This document shows, piece by piece, positions 28,491-43,688 of a stretch of DNA of 64,000 nucleotides. Position 1 is the stretch's first letter; each line of letters begins with the position of its first letter. The position numbers and the translations under genes are program-made. The DNA is from the human T2T-CHM13v2.0 reference genome, Homo sapiens: the NCBI RefSeq assembly GCF_009914755.1, contig NC_060931.1; one strand, 5' to 3'. The notes under the pieces were generated by a model. That model did not search any database. It had not been told where the DNA came from and was given only the letters and a program-made list of their open reading frames with translations.

Positions 28491-28881
28491 ATGGGGGATA
28501 GTTTCGTAGTTAGGAGGGTGTTAAAATGCACTCTGAGGAGTTGAGTTTAGAGCAAACTCTTGAATGAAGCAAGAAAAGGATGCATGCAAATATCTGGGGG
28601 AAGAGCGTCAGGCCAAGAGCAGAACAGGTGTGCTAAGACAGCGTACTGTCTAGGGTACATGAGGACCAGCTAGCTTGCCAATGCAGGTGGATTCACAGGT
28701 AATAAGTAAGAGGAGAGTGGTAGAAGCTGAGGTCAATGGGGGAGGCCCCTTGGGGGGAATGGACCTTGGTAGATGTGATCAGCTGTGATAAGAGATTTGA
28801 AATTGTTAGTGTGATGTGAAATTGTTATTGTGATGTAAAGTAATTGCAGGGTTTTGAGTAGAAAAGTGGCATAATACATGA

Positions 28882-29192
<311 letters not shown>

Positions 29193-29202
29193 CTAATTCA
29201 GC

Positions 29203-29339
29203 TTTTATTTATTTATTTTTAATTTTTTTTAGAGATGTGGTCTCACTATGTTGTCCGGGCTGGCCTTAAACTCCTGGCCTCAAGCCATGCTCCCACCTCC
29301 AGCTCCCAAAGCACTGGGATTACAGGCATGTGCCAGGCT
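29203..29339 (-). mobile_element. FLAM / Alu left monomer
   Basis: 'tagagatgtggtctcactatgttgtccgggctggccttaaactcctggcctcaagc'; TSD aattcagctttta / aattcagatttta. Confidence 0.85.
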
Positions 29340-30039
29340 GAAATTCAGATTTTAGAAGGATCCCTTGACTGCAGAGTGAAAAATGGACTGCAGACTGGGC
29401 AGGGATGGAAGCACAAAGATGGGTTTTTGGAAGCTATTCTAATAGTCAAGGTGAGAGATGATGTGGCTTGGACTAGAGTCAAAGCGATTGGAGCAGTGAG
29501 AAGCAGCTCTATTTGGGTCTAGTCATAAGGTAAAAAATGGCCCTAAGGATTTTTGTCCAAGCAACTTGAATGGAGATGCCACTTCCTGAGTGGGGAAGAC
29601 TGTGGGAGGAGCAGGTTTGAAGAAAAAAAGTTAAACAAGCAGTTTTGTTTTTGACAAGTTAAGGTGTAGATATTCTCAGATATCCCATTGCAGATATTGA
29701 GTACACAGTTGTTTATAAGACTCCGCAAGTCAGGGCAAAGCAGCAAAGCTGGAGGTTGGAGCTAAAATTTAACCTGCCAAAAAGTCATGGAATTGGTTGT
29801 CAATGTGTAGGAAATAATTGTTGGCTGAGAAAGCATAGCTTGCAAGACTGGGCCCTGGGGCACTCTAATATTTAGAGGTCAGCGAGATGAGGAGGACACT
29901 GTACAACCCAAAGAAGAGGCAGCCAATGAGGACAGCAAAACCAAGAGTGTGGTGTTCCTGAAGTCAGTATAGCTTCCACATAAAATCTGTGATTGCCAAG
30001 TTTTAAACATTTGGTAAAAGTCTGCATCAGAAATACATC

Positions 30040-31040
30040 AGTATGTTCTCACATAACACTTAAAAAATAAACATACAGAAAGAGCACAAAGTAAAGGTCC
30101 TCATCATGGCCCAATCTTATTTTCTAGCATAGAAGTAAACCTTTTTTAACTATTCACTGTATATATCTTCCAGTCAATCTCCTCAATTTTATGTGCATGT
30201 GTTTGTTTGTGTGTATGGGGGGATGCATACATATTCATGTATTTTTGTGTGTATATATATAGATAGATAGATATATTTGTGTGTGCATAATTTTTACTCT
30301 TTATATAAATGGGATCATTTGTTCATAGTGTGCGAAATTTCTTTCTATACTTAAGAATGTGTCATGGAGTGGTTTTTCTTCATGTCAATATGTATAAATT
30401 CATGTCTTTTTTCTTTAACTTGTACAGATTATCCTACAGTATAGAGACACCATAATCCATTCAAGCATACTCCTATTGATAAACATATGTAATGTTTCAT
30501 GTTTTCACAATTAAAACAATGCCATAGTGAAAATTTTTGCACACGCTTTGTGTATACTTATTCCCAAGGATAGATCTCTATGCATAGACTAGCCAGACTT
30601 ATGGTACACACTTTTAAAATGTTGATAGATACTACCATATTCCTTGACAACACTGAATATTATCAATTTGGTATGCTGCCACTCTGGTAATAGATACTTG
30701 GTGTGATTTGCATTTCCCCAGTTACTGGTGAAGTTGAGTCGAGTATCTGTTCATGATTTTGGACTGCTTGCATTTCTTCTCTGGGGATTGCCCATTCATT
30801 TTTTCAGATTTTTCTAAGAAATTGATTTTCTCCATCTAAGAGGGTCTTACCTAACTCATGATTCTAAAGATGTTTAACAATATATTCTATTGGTTCTTTA
30901 CAATTTTATTTTTTATTGTTAGATGGTTAATCCTCTTGTAGTTAATTTTATGTACAGTGTTATGAAGTGATCTAACAGTTTAGGTTTTTTTCCCCGAGTG
31001 AACAATGAATTTTTCTAACACTTCAACTAAAATTTCTATT
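30040..31040 (-). mobile_element. Ancient L1ME-type 3' region
   Basis: 'aatgggatcat', 'cctattgataaacat', 'gatttgcatttcccca...gttgag' are antisense L1 3' motifs. Confidence 0.6.
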
Positions 31041-31989
31041 TCTTTTTCCCTACTCACTGTGTTGCTGCTGGCTTCCCAGAGTTGAAGCAGGGCCTTAAGT
31101 GAGAGTTAAGAGTCAAGAGAACCCTTACGTGGCTGGTTCTGATATAAGATACAATTGACATAATCTGTTGTTGGTTTCCTCTGACCACAGCAGTGGCTTC
31201 AGACTGACTCTTTCTCTAGGGCACTTCTATGGGCTTCTCAGGAATTCCCTTGTTGGGCACCTGCAGCTGCAACTCCCATGGCCATGTGGCAGTGCCTCAT
31301 CTTCACAGCCACTTCCACGTCCCTGACCTTTGCAACCAAACATATATGTCTAGGTCATCCAGACACACACAAAACTATCCTTTCAAAGGAGAAACGGTCC
31401 CACTTTTAATGTGACTCTGAATGTTTTATTAAACATGCCAATAATTGAAAATGCTTTTTATAATTGTATAAACCTAGAATGAATTCCAATTTGCATAGAC
31501 ACACAAAGTATTTTTGCATCATTTTAATATATTCAATGATCTACAAGTGAAAACACTAAGTGAATCAAGAGATGATTGTACTTTTTTGTGTTCAGCATTT
31601 CTCCAAAGTTAACATTTCAGAAAATCACATCAAATGACAAGGTCCATGACTCGCTAGTTCCATGCCCCTGTATTGTTTGTATTTGTAGCTGTCACATCTT
31701 GGTGCTTCTGTGTATAGTCATAAACAACCAACCACTACAGTATGTTTTCTGTTTTTTTTTTAGTCAGATTCAAGCATTTACATGAAATACATATTTTCCT
31801 TTGGTGTTCTTCATGTCAAGCCATTATAGTGATTTTCATTTTTCATTTAATTTTTCACTGTATATGTAGGTAGGATATATAGCAATATGAATTTCATTTC
31901 AGGACATATAGACGACATTACAAAATACTTGTTATAAAAAGGGCCATTGGATGTGGTAGGGTTGGGAGCTGCTGCTATTCAGAACAAAT

Positions 31990-32445
31990 TCTAAACTTTT
32001 TAGCTCATTATCCAAACCCTGTATGGTCAGGCAGAGGCCTACTTTTCTAGGCTCATTCACCTGGTCCTTCCCCATGTGCACCCTACACACAAGGCATCCA
32101 GAATAGCTTGTCATCCCCTGAACATGCCACTCTCATATATGTCTCTGTGCCTTGCTACTCCACTTCGCTACTTCCTGGAGTGCTTTCTACCTCCTGAACC
32201 TGGCAGACCCCACTTTGGCCTCCATTTCTTTGCCCAAGGTCCCTCTTCTCTGCAGAGCTTCCCCGTTTTCATCTGACATTGTCAGTGCTGCGTTCCAGTT
32301 TATCTATGTACATTTCTGTTTCCCCACCTGAACTTAGACCTCTTTTAGCACACGGTTTAAGGACTCATTTTGCTATCCTCAGATTTTCACCCTGCATTTG
32401 TGTGGCAAATTGCAGGAGTATAGACAGTATTTAGTAAATCATTTG
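31990..32445 (+). mobile_element. L2 3' fragment
   Basis: 'cttcctggagtgctttct...tctgtttccccacctgaacttagacctc...atttagtaaatcatttg'. Confidence 0.5.
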
Positions 32446-34728
32446 ATTCTCACAAGGCCAAGTCAGGAAATATAGATATTCTGTGGTGATAGCAGTCCCC
32501 TGGAGAGTAGAGGACAAAGTGGCATGAGGACAGGGTAGCACTTAGGCCAGGAGTGAGGCGGAAAATGAAGCTTCTGTCTGAACCTTAAGAACTCCACTCT
32601 CCCACTCCTCTGTTTCTCTCTCCCACTTCCTGCCAGTTAAATGCACATCAGTGAGCTACAGCTACCCACTGAGTGTGGCAGGAACTCAAAGCACCAGGCG
32701 AGGCTATGAGAAAATGTGCACGTCTGCAGGGCCCTGGCCAGTGTCTGACAGCTCTGACAGGCGTGGGTCTTAAAGAACGTGATGTGGATCTTTGCGGAAT
32801 ATTGGTCATTTGGAAGTGTCCCTAGGTGCCACAGTTATGACATCACAGACAAGAGACATAGAACATTAGACTGTATCTCGGGTATTCCCAGCCCTTCATC
32901 CTACCAATGAGATGGCTCAGTCTTGAGAGGGGAGGAGAATTTCCTAAGATCTCTGCCCAGAGATTGCCATGAATGAGGAGGCCCGGCCAGATTACCTGGA
33001 TTCCAGCCTGCACTCAAAGATCACTAGTGTGGCTCGGGCACGTGCATCAGTCAAGCTCTATCATCCTGACTGATGCCTTCTCTCTCATGTCCTAGCAGAG
33101 GGGTGCTTGGAGTCATGGTGCCAGCTGGAAGCCCCAGAATGTGAAATACAAAGAGTCAAATAACTGTTTTAATGATATAAGTATATAGCAACTGTAATAT
33201 CTACATATTAATACATAGATATGGAGATATAAAGCAATAGAATATAGATTTAAAGGAATAGACGCATAGAGGGAGTGTATGCCCAGAGAAAATTTCTAAA
33301 AAGGGGCACAAGAAATGATCATTATCTCTGAGGACTGCAGAGTTGGGATGTCAGGAGTTTTTCATCTTTTTCACAGCACCTCTTTCTTTTTACCATTTGA
33401 ATTATTTTCACCATACATGTGTAGTGCTGTAACAGTAAAAAGTAAGTTGTTTTTAAAGACCAGCTATCTCATTCGAAAAATGAATTCAAAGTAAAGGCCT
33501 ATGGAAAAGCATTTCTGATATTAATAACTTGATTACACAATCAGAATCTTCTTCCAAGACTTCCAGCCTCCCTTTTGCAGATGGATCTCGGAATTCAGGT
33601 TTCCTTCATTAACATCCCAGGTTGTCTCCATGCTTTGAGGTTTGAAACCATAATGTACTATTTCTTTTGTTGAAACACTTCTAATCTTTTCTATCAAAAG
33701 TAAAGACACTTATTTCTAAAGATAAAGGTACCACACTGCTATTTTCAATAGGCAGACTCCTGACTTAAAGATAAAAAAAACGTATTTTTTTCCCTTAACA
33801 AAACTAGTACATGCTCATTGTAGAAAATTAAGAAAACTCAGATAAACAAGAATGGTGCATGTTACAAGTAGAGAAGTATTTTTTTCAATTTACATGAAAT
33901 GTTTATTTCCCAAATCGTGGTATGGTTCAATTAATGTTTGCTTTTTCATTGAAGAGGAGAAGAAAGAAATGTCTGTGAGTCTCAATAGAATTGTGTGGTA
34001 CTTACATACAATTAGGATACAATGAGTAAGAATCCATGTGTTGAATTGCTGCACTCTGTTCATTAAGTCACTGTAGGATTACTGAAAAGCAGAGTGAATG
34101 ATCCATTGCTTTAATTAGACTACCTTAGGCTATTGAGAGTAGTTTGAAGAAAAACTACTATGCTTGGTAGTGGGAAATCTTGGAAGAAAATAGAAGACAA
34201 ATAGAGGTGGCTAAATGAAATGTCTTGGGAAGAGAAATTCTGACTATCATTTTCTTTTGCCAAGAGGGTTCAGCTTTTAGAATTAAAGTACTAGGATTAG
34301 TTCACGGCGCCTGATTGCCACATTGGATTAATGTAGTTTCGTTTGTTGATATCTAGGTTTTTAAAGAAATAGCATCACGAATAGCTGTAGATTCAGAACT
34401 TAGCCTTGTGTAGCACCAACACAAAAGGGGGAGTTACTGAGTTACCGCAGTGACTTGGTAAAGAATTATTCCATTATTGCAATTATCTCACCTCAGTTAT
34501 CTCACCTCAGGGTTTCAGTTCCAAATTGGGTCTCTGAGAGGGAGAGGAAGCCAGAGAGACATTCTGAGGACAAGAGAGAAAGAAGAGTCATAATCCTCTT
34601 AGATAACTGGAGGTTAGTGGAGGAAAGAATGTGAGAAGTGTTCCAGGCCCTGGTGATATCTAGCCCAGCCTCCCTTGCAGACATTTGCTATTCCAGCCAG
34701 ATCTTTCGTTCATATAAACCAGACACCA

Positions 34729-35046
<318 letters not shown>

Positions 35047-35500
35047 CTAGGAGGTAGGACACAGCTGTAAACTGTAACACCTGTTGGAAGGCCAGGAGCT
35101 GTGAGAGGGTTTCTAGATTCTACAGTGGAATTTAGTCATCCCAGGTGAATCTTCATCTCTTGGGGCAATGGTTGGAAACCCATGTGTAAAACACAGGCAA
35201 AAAGGAGAAGGGGCTCAATCAAGACATTCCAGAGAAATTATCCATCAACAGCAGAAAGCTCAGTAGATGGGCAGAAGAGAGGCACTTCACTACATGGATT
35301 GGGGGCCAAACTTGTCAAATCCTTCAAAGAAAGTGTGGCTGAGGTGGAGAATGAGGTGGGGGAATCAAAAGCGGGATTTGAGAGCTGGAGCTTGGGCACC
35401 AGCCCTTTCATCCCCATGTGAATTAATGAATGCATGATAGTCTCTTAAGATTTTGCTTCTCACAGTGTGATCCCAGAGGTGTCTAAAAGAACAGACAACT

Positions 35501-35962
<462 letters not shown>

Positions 35963-36689
35963 TCACAGGCTATGCGTGCGGTTACGATTCATGTTTCTTG
36001 AAGCTATTTGGAGTATTTTGGAGGCTATATCCAAAGGCCATTTCTGGAGTTCTTAGCTAAATGATTAAAATAAACAACAACAACAAACCTAAAATCAACA
36101 ACATGACCTCTGCCAATTTTCCTATCACCCGTTGGAATCTCTGGTCAAGAAACTACAAGTATTAATATTTCACTGGGATGTTTGGTGGGAAGTAGGGAGG
36201 GAAATGTCCATACCAAAAGCTTCCAAGTGAAATGTTCTGGCTGACACCTCCAAGAGAAAGTGAAAGCTAGAATGGCAGAAGCCATTGGTGGAGAAGGAAC
36301 ATGCAGGCAGGAGAAGTCCCTGGAACCTGGATGGAAAGAAAGTCAGAATAGACTTCTTCATGGGCTGCAGAAAGAAAAAGGCTTGGCTGTGATGAGAGGA
36401 CTGTTTCCAGCAGGCAAATTTCAGCAGCTTAATCTCAGTCACAAAGGAGATCTTATCCATGAGAGAGGAGCTCAGGTGCCACAGAGAAATCTGTCTGGGG
36501 AGTCTGCAGGCGGCCCACGTGTGCCAGTGATGAAGACAGATTCCACTGGAGCCACTGAGCACCATCTTAGCACCCTGCGGGGCCAAGAAGACACACCAGC
36601 CCCAGGGAAGAGATAATTTGCAAGGCAGCTAATGGCACGCACAATTCTCCTCACTTCCTTCCCAGCCTTTTTATCTTCTCCAATGTGCT

Positions 36690-38020
36690 GGAAAAAGAGA
36701 TTTTGATGGAAACTAGAATACCCATGAAGAGTAAGGTTGAGGTCATGGAAGATGAAGATTAAGAGTGAAGAAAAAGAGCAAGTGGAGGAACAAACACAAA
36801 ATTAAATAAATCACAGAAATGCTTGACACTTCAGGTTGAAGATGCTCTCAGTGTATTAGGTTGTGTTTTGTTTTGTCTTTTTACCTTAGAAAATGAGAAG
36901 ACACACCTGTATTTATTCCAATGAAATTTCAGATTTTCAAAGATAAAGGAAAATTCCCAAAGGACATAGACAGTAAAACCAGGTTAACTATAGGATTTGT
37001 CTCCAGGCTTCTCTGCAATATAATCATGCCAAAGATCATGGAATAAGATCCACAGAGTTTAGAGGGGAAAGGATGTGGCTCAGGACTTGTAAACCAGGAC
37101 AATTTATCATCATAGCATCAGAAAATGACAAACGTAGTTTGAGATAGGCAAGTATTCCAAGAGGGAATTATCCATGTTACAGTAAAAATATCCAGGAAGA
37201 AAGTGAAAGAGGTAAACAATAGTGATACCAATGAAACAAAGTATCCCAGTGAATAATTGCTGTTTCTGTGGTTATGAGATACACTTAAAATGTCCAAATG
37301 GTTTTTAAAGAGAAATTGCAGAGTAAAAAACCTACTTGTAATATTCTGGTTTTAAAATCTGAGATAATTCTAATGTAATCTGGGAGATAGAGAAAAAAGA
37401 GGAAACTTTTAAAAGCAAGGTGAATTCCTCATCTTATTTGAGGCATTGAGGTTTTATTGTTATAACAGAGAAATAAAGGCTTACATGCTTTTAATGAAAG
37501 ATGTTCTCTAACAGACTATGAGTAGAATGTATATTTTCCAAATCAGTAGAAATATAAAATACAATATACTAAAATAAACAAACAAAAAACCAGCAAAAGT
37601 AAAGAACAAAGCAATAGAAAAGCATGAAACACAACTGCATCAACTAAGATAAATGTAAGTTGATCAAATTTCATCTTTAAAAGATAATTTTTAAATTGGG
37701 CCAGCAAAACAAAATCTAGCTAAACATTATTTTCAAAAAAATATGTAAAACAAATTGAAGCAGAAATATTTTTTGAAGAGGTGGACAAAGACACACCAGA
37801 TGAATGCAAATAGAAAACAAATAAGAATATTAATATAGACCAAATAGAATTAAGGAAAAATCACTTGAACAATGGAGACTTTATAAATAAAATACATAAT
37901 CCAAAATGAAGATATAATGGTCATGAATAATTACGGGACTAACAGAAGCACAGCATCCAGAGATATGAAACCAATGTTCTTAGTAATTATCTTAGAATAT
38001 GCAAACTGAAAACACAGTTG
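36690..38020 (+). mobile_element. Ancient L1/HAL1 ORF1 to early ORF2 remnant
   Basis: A-rich; 'ttcaggttgaagatgctc', 'tgaaatttcagattttcaaagataaaggaaaa', 'gcaaatagaaaac...aatattaatatagaccaaatagaatt'. Confidence 0.55.
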
Positions 38021-38080
38021 GGGGTTACCTGCTCTTTAATTATATTATTTTGTGAGTTTTAAAACAATTTATTAATGTTT

Positions 38081-38835
38081 GTATTAGGGTTCTTCGCAGA
38101 AACAGTATACATATGGAACATATATATCGCTTTCTCTACATTTACATATACTTAGAGAAAGAGATTGATGTATTATAGAAATTGGCTCATGGAGGCTAAG
38201 TTGCATGATCTGTCTGCAAGCTGGTGAACCATGAAAAGCCAGTGGTATGATTCAGTCCAATGGCCTGAGAACCAGGAGTGCCCACGTCTAACATCAGAAG
38301 ACAGATGTGGGCTGGGTGTGGTGGCTTCATGCCTGTAATCCCAGCACTTTGGGAGGCTGAGGCAGGTGGATCACCTGAGCTCAGGAGTTTGAGACCAGCC
38401 TGACCAATATGGTGAAACCCTGTCTCTACTAAAAATACAAAAATTAGCTGGGTGTGGTGGTTTGCACCTGTAGTCCCAGCTACTGGGGAGGCTGAGACGG
38501 GAATTGCTTAAACCTGGGAGGCAGAGGTTGCAGTGCACTGAGATCACGCCACTGTGCTGCAGCCTGGGCAACAGAGCAAGACTTTGTCTCAAAAAAAAAA
38601 AAAAAAAAAGAAGAAGAAGAAGAAGAAGAAGAAGAAGAAGAAGACAGATACACTAGTTCAGAGGGAGCAAATTCCCCCTTCCTTTGCTTTTTTGCCCTAT
38701 TCAGAACCCTTGAGAGAATGGATGATGCCTACTTACACCGGAGGTGGTGATTTTCTCTCAGTCTACAGATTCAAACGCTAATCTCTTCCAGACCACCGTG
38801 ACAGACACATCCAGAAATAATTCTTTACCAGCTAT
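38081..38835 (-). mobile_element. MLT2-family LTR interrupted by an Alu
   Basis: 'tgtattagggttcttcgcagaaacag...attggctcatggaggct...ggcctgagaaccagg...gattcaaacgctaatctcttccag...cagacacatccagaaataa'. Confidence 0.8.
38309..38643 (+). mobile_element. AluS with A19 + (AAG)n tail
   Basis: Full dimer; TSD agaagacagat; A run 38591-38609 then AAG units to 38643. Confidence 0.94.
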
Positions 38836-39269
38836 TATAGCCTCTTTTATGCATTTGTATTTTCAAGAATTTGTATTTTATTGAATGCTTAACTAAAATT
38901 CTTTTGGATTTGTAATAAGAATATTTAAAGTCAGGAATTCTCTTTTAAGTATGGCTCTGAACATATTTCATTAGTTTGGGTAGTAGTGTGTTACCTACTA
39001 GTCTTATAATCTGTGACCTGCTTTAAATTTAAATTTTCTCTTTTACCCAAGACTTATTTAGTAATGTCTACTTTTAATTCCTAAGTAATGAATCCTAGCT
39101 TCTTCATATTGCACTCAAAGAATGTGGCCTAAATAAAATTTATAAACACTTAAAATAAATTGAGAAAATATATTCTTTATTTGTAATATGAATCATTTTT
39201 GTCTCAATGTTTTTTCAATTCTTAATTTAATTTTCTAAAATAAGCATTAGAATTTTTGTTAAGAGAAAA

Positions 39270-40612
39270 AATAATTACAATTAATAAAAATAAACTCAAT
39301 AACAACAACGACAAAACCAACAACCCAATTTAAAATGACCAAATGACTCGAATAGGTATTTCTCTGAAGAAGATACACAAATGGCCAATAAACACATGAA
39401 AGTGTGTTTAGTGTCACTGGTCACTAGCAAAATGCAAAGCAAAACCACAAGAAGATATCCCTTCTCACCCATTAGGATGGCTACTATGAAAATCAATAAA
39501 TAAACAAATAACAAGTGTTGGTGAGTGTGGTAGTCCATCCTTGCATTGCTATAAAGAAATACCTGAGGCTGGGTAATTTATAAAGAAAAGAGGTTTAATT
39601 GGCTTGTGCTTCTGCAGGCTGTACAGGAAGCATACCTGCTCTTCTGCCTCTAGGAAGCCTCGAGGAGCTTACAATCATGAAAGAAGGCAAAGGGGGAGCA
39701 GACATCTCACATGGTGGGAGGGAGAGCAAGAGAGAGAGAGTAGAGGGGAAGTGCCATATACTTAAACAACCAGATCTTGTGAGAACTCACTCAGTATCTT
39801 GATGACAGCACCAAGCCATGAGGGATCTGCCCCCATGGCCCAATCACCTCCCACCAGGCCCCACCTCTAACATTGAGGATTACAATTCCACATGAGATTT
39901 GGCGGGCTCATGTATTCAAACTACATCAGTGAGAATGTAAAGAAATTGGAACTCTTGTGCATTCCTGGTAGAAATGTAAAATGGTGTAGCCACTATAAAA
40001 AACAGTATGGTGGTTCCTCAAAAAATTAAATATAGAATTACTATATGATACAGCAATTTCACTTCTGGGTTTATACTGAAAAGAAGTAAAAGAAGGGACT
40101 TGAACATATATTTATAAACTCATGTTCTTAGCAGCATTATTCACAATAGCTGAGAGTAGGAAGAAACCCATGTGCCCACGCAGGGATAAATATATACACA
40201 AAATGTGGATATATACACAATGGAATATCATTCAGCCTTAAAAAGGAAGGCAATTTTGTCACATGCCACAACATGGATGGACCCTGAAGACATTATGTCA
40301 AATGAAATAAACCAGTCACAAAAGGACAAATGCTGTATTTTTATTTGTATTTATATGAGGTACCTAGAATTGTCAAGTTCATAGAGACAGAAAGTAGAAT
40401 GGCAGTTGCCAAGGGCTGGAGTGAGAAAGGAAAAGGAAATAATGTTTAATGGGTAAAGAATTTCTGTTTGGGATGATGAGAAAGTTCTGGAAATTGATAG
40501 TGGTAATGTTTGTACAACATATAAATGTAATTCATGCCACTGAACTGTACACTTAAAAATGATTAAAATAGTAAATTTTATGGTTATGTATATTTTTTCA
40601 CATAAAAAATAA
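39270..40612 (+). mobile_element. L1MB-type 3' portion
   Basis: 'caacccaatttaaaatg...gaagaagatacacaaatggccaataaacacatgaaa' through 'gccactgaactgtacacttaaaaatg'. Confidence 0.88.
39526..39928 (-). mobile_element. MST (MaLR) solo LTR inserted in L1MB
   Basis: 'tgcattgctataaagaaatacctgaggctgggtaatttataaagaaaagaggtttaattggct'; 5-bp TSD gtgag (39521-39525, 39929-39933). Confidence 0.92.
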
Positions 40613-43253
40613 TAAAGGGTAAGAAGAGAGATGCTAAGAAGAGTGGAAGGTGTTACGGGATAAGCCTTGGAAGGCTCCTGAGAGATGGCAATACTCTAGG
40701 AGCCACACCCTGGGTTTGGTGGCTTCCAGTTTGGCCAGAGCTTCCTTTTCTATGAACTGTGTCCTCTCCTTCTCCTTTATCAGTGGAACCTGATGGAGGT
40801 GAATATCTATGGCCACAGTCCCAGGGACGGAAGAGGAGATGGAAGCATAGGTCACATACCCTGTGCCTGGCATCAGTCCAGGGTTTTGTCTGGGTGGAGG
40901 GAACCACTCTGCAGAAGTCAGAGGCTGGCCAGAAAGAAAGGAAGAAGATCGCAAGGGAGACTGGAAGTGAAGAGCAAATGAAAAAATGGTAAAGGAAAGG
41001 GGAGAAGGTAGTGACAGTGTGAGAAAGAAACCAATGCCCGTTCCTCCTTGCAAAACGGTGGGGTAGAGGGAGCAGATAAGATGGTTGCTGAGGCAGCCAT
41101 GTTCCCCAAAGCTAGAAAACTAAGGGTGGGAGAAGTGAGAAATGGAACAGGAGGCCACTGCAGTACCAAGATGTCAAGATGGAAGAGACTTTGTATCCAA
41201 CTGTCCTCCACTGGGACAACACCTAGTACGTGAGTGTGGTGGCCTTAAGAAGGTAAAGTGCAGAGAGCCACTGAGTTACTGCTACCTTCAGTGATTGACC
41301 TATATCCAATACACAGAACCCTCTGCTCATTGTAAGAAATGTGTCTGGGGCATATCATTGTGGGTGTTAACAGTTTAACATGATCAATATGTACTGGTAT
41401 AATCCATGGTCAAGAAATAAGATAAGGTTTTGGGGTCAGTGCAGTAGGAATGAATCTTACAAAAGAAAGAAATTGATGGCTCAAAATTGATTGGTCTGCT
41501 TCGGAAAAGTGAAGTTTTCCATTGCCGTTGAGATCTTTTGATACATATCTTGCTGAGATTGTCTTTGGTGTAGTTTAAGTCATTGTGGAATTTGAAACCT
41601 ATGTTGCTCATTGAATGGAGTTTGGAAAATGAGGTATTCCCTTCTATATTTTAAAGATGATATCTAAAACTTTTTTCTCTAAAATAGAGGCAAAATATGT
41701 GATTTCTGGCATATTGTAAATGTTAACATTTTCAAATGAAACGGTTACATTGCTCTGATAATTATAAAATGTGTTCTGAAAATGGAATATAAACACTATT
41801 GCAATTTGATAGGCAACATCCATTTTTTAAATATATGAACATTTCTTATTTAACAGGGAGAAAATTTACATCATTCACTTCTGACTTAAATCACATTTCC
41901 ATCACACTTCCTCCATCGAGTTGTCTTAGTGCAACTTTTATTCTTTATGCTGTCAAATTTCTTTGAAAGAAAAACATGTCCATAAATTAAAATTTATTTT
42001 TTATTTTTTTCTGGTTAAAACTCTCTAAACTTAAAATTTTCATTTTAGTTTAATTATTATAAATCAAAACACCTTAAACATATAATAAATTTTGATAAAT
42101 TATTTTTAACCATAAAAAGAAAATTTTATTGGAAATGAAGCTGTTACTAAAATAGACTAGGGGAGGAATTCTATGAGGTCTTTGCTGAAGGTGACTTTCC
42201 TGAGTGATATTGACAATTGTTCTTCTGCTTAGAGCACCAGACACTTTTGCAACTTGAGTCACTGCACCAGAGTTGGATTTCAGTTGGGTGAATCTTTTGT
42301 AAGGTACATGAAAGGAAGTACTGGTAGGAAATTTGAGAAAGCATTAATGTGGCAGATGAGTTCCCATGTGGTTCCGTGTGAGAAAAGAGTACATATGAAC
42401 CTTGAGGGCCTGAAAACCAATTGCCCTAGGAAGCCTTTGTCCAAGCCCAGGGAAGTGAACTTCAATGTACATCACTGCTCAAGGAAAACAGTCTCTAAGG
42501 GCAAGTGGGGTATATCCCAGTGTGGGGTGAAATGAAACCATTAAAACTTTACTTTTTAAACACTCACTTCTAAATTTTCTACCTTTTCTGTGGTGAAGAA
42601 TATTTTGGGTATAATTTCTAATACATTGATAAAGTAGAACAAGGGTGTAAATGTGAAAATCACCCCTGTGGAGCAAGACAGTGATGAACATGATTTTAGA
42701 ATCATATCATTCTGTCTCAACTTGAAGAACTATCTTGCCTATGATTGAGGCCTGTGAAGCAGGATTTCTCAAAGGAGGGTTCCAGATGCATCACCAAGGT
42801 CTGTGAGTTCTCCACATAACCTATAAGTGATGCTTTCACTGTAATGATAACTTGGAAACAATGTAACTATAGTGTAGACTGGAGCATCCAGATGAAAACT
42901 ATCTCGAGACCTCCTGTAGGATTTTGGTATCCTCTGTGTTATGGGGGCCCCAGGCCTGAATCCTTGGTCCTCTTTGTTTCTTCAGCCACATTTACTCCCT
43001 TGCATCTTTCATTCAGTGCCTTGGCTTCAATGCCATCCATCTACTCCCTGACTTTTAACTATAAATCTCCAGCTCAGACCTCTCTCCCAAACTTCAGATG
43101 CTAGAACCCAACTTATACCCCACTTGGATGCCTACCAGATGTGCCAAAGTTAATCGAGTCAGAACTGAGCTTGTTATTTCTTTCCACTTTGGAACCTGCT
43201 CTACCTGCAGCTTCCCCAACACTGGTGAAGGCAGCTCCATCCTTCCTGAGTGA

Positions 43254-43550
<297 letters not shown>

Positions 43551-43688
43551 ACCTGAGTGACACTTCTAAACTGTGAGTGAGATCATGCCACAACTCTGCT
43601 CAAAGCACTGAAATAGCTCCCCATTTCACTCAAAGAAAAAGCCAAAGTGCTTACCGTGATTTCTTGGAGTTTTCACATTCTTCCCCAC

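Noticed and set aside
34483-34510. 14-bp tandem duplications (ttatctcacctcag x2; also ggaaaatgtgttga x2 near 47605)
   Set aside because: Ordinary slippage duplications with no further structure.
36170-36654. Overlapping 118-138 aa ORFs on both strands
   Set aside because: No recognisable domain or splice context, and adjacent to an old L1/HAL1 remnant; likely chance ORFs.
40634-41233. Cluster of 60-139 aa ORFs in purine-rich sequence
   Set aside because: No protein similarity I recognise; strand compositional skew suppresses stops.
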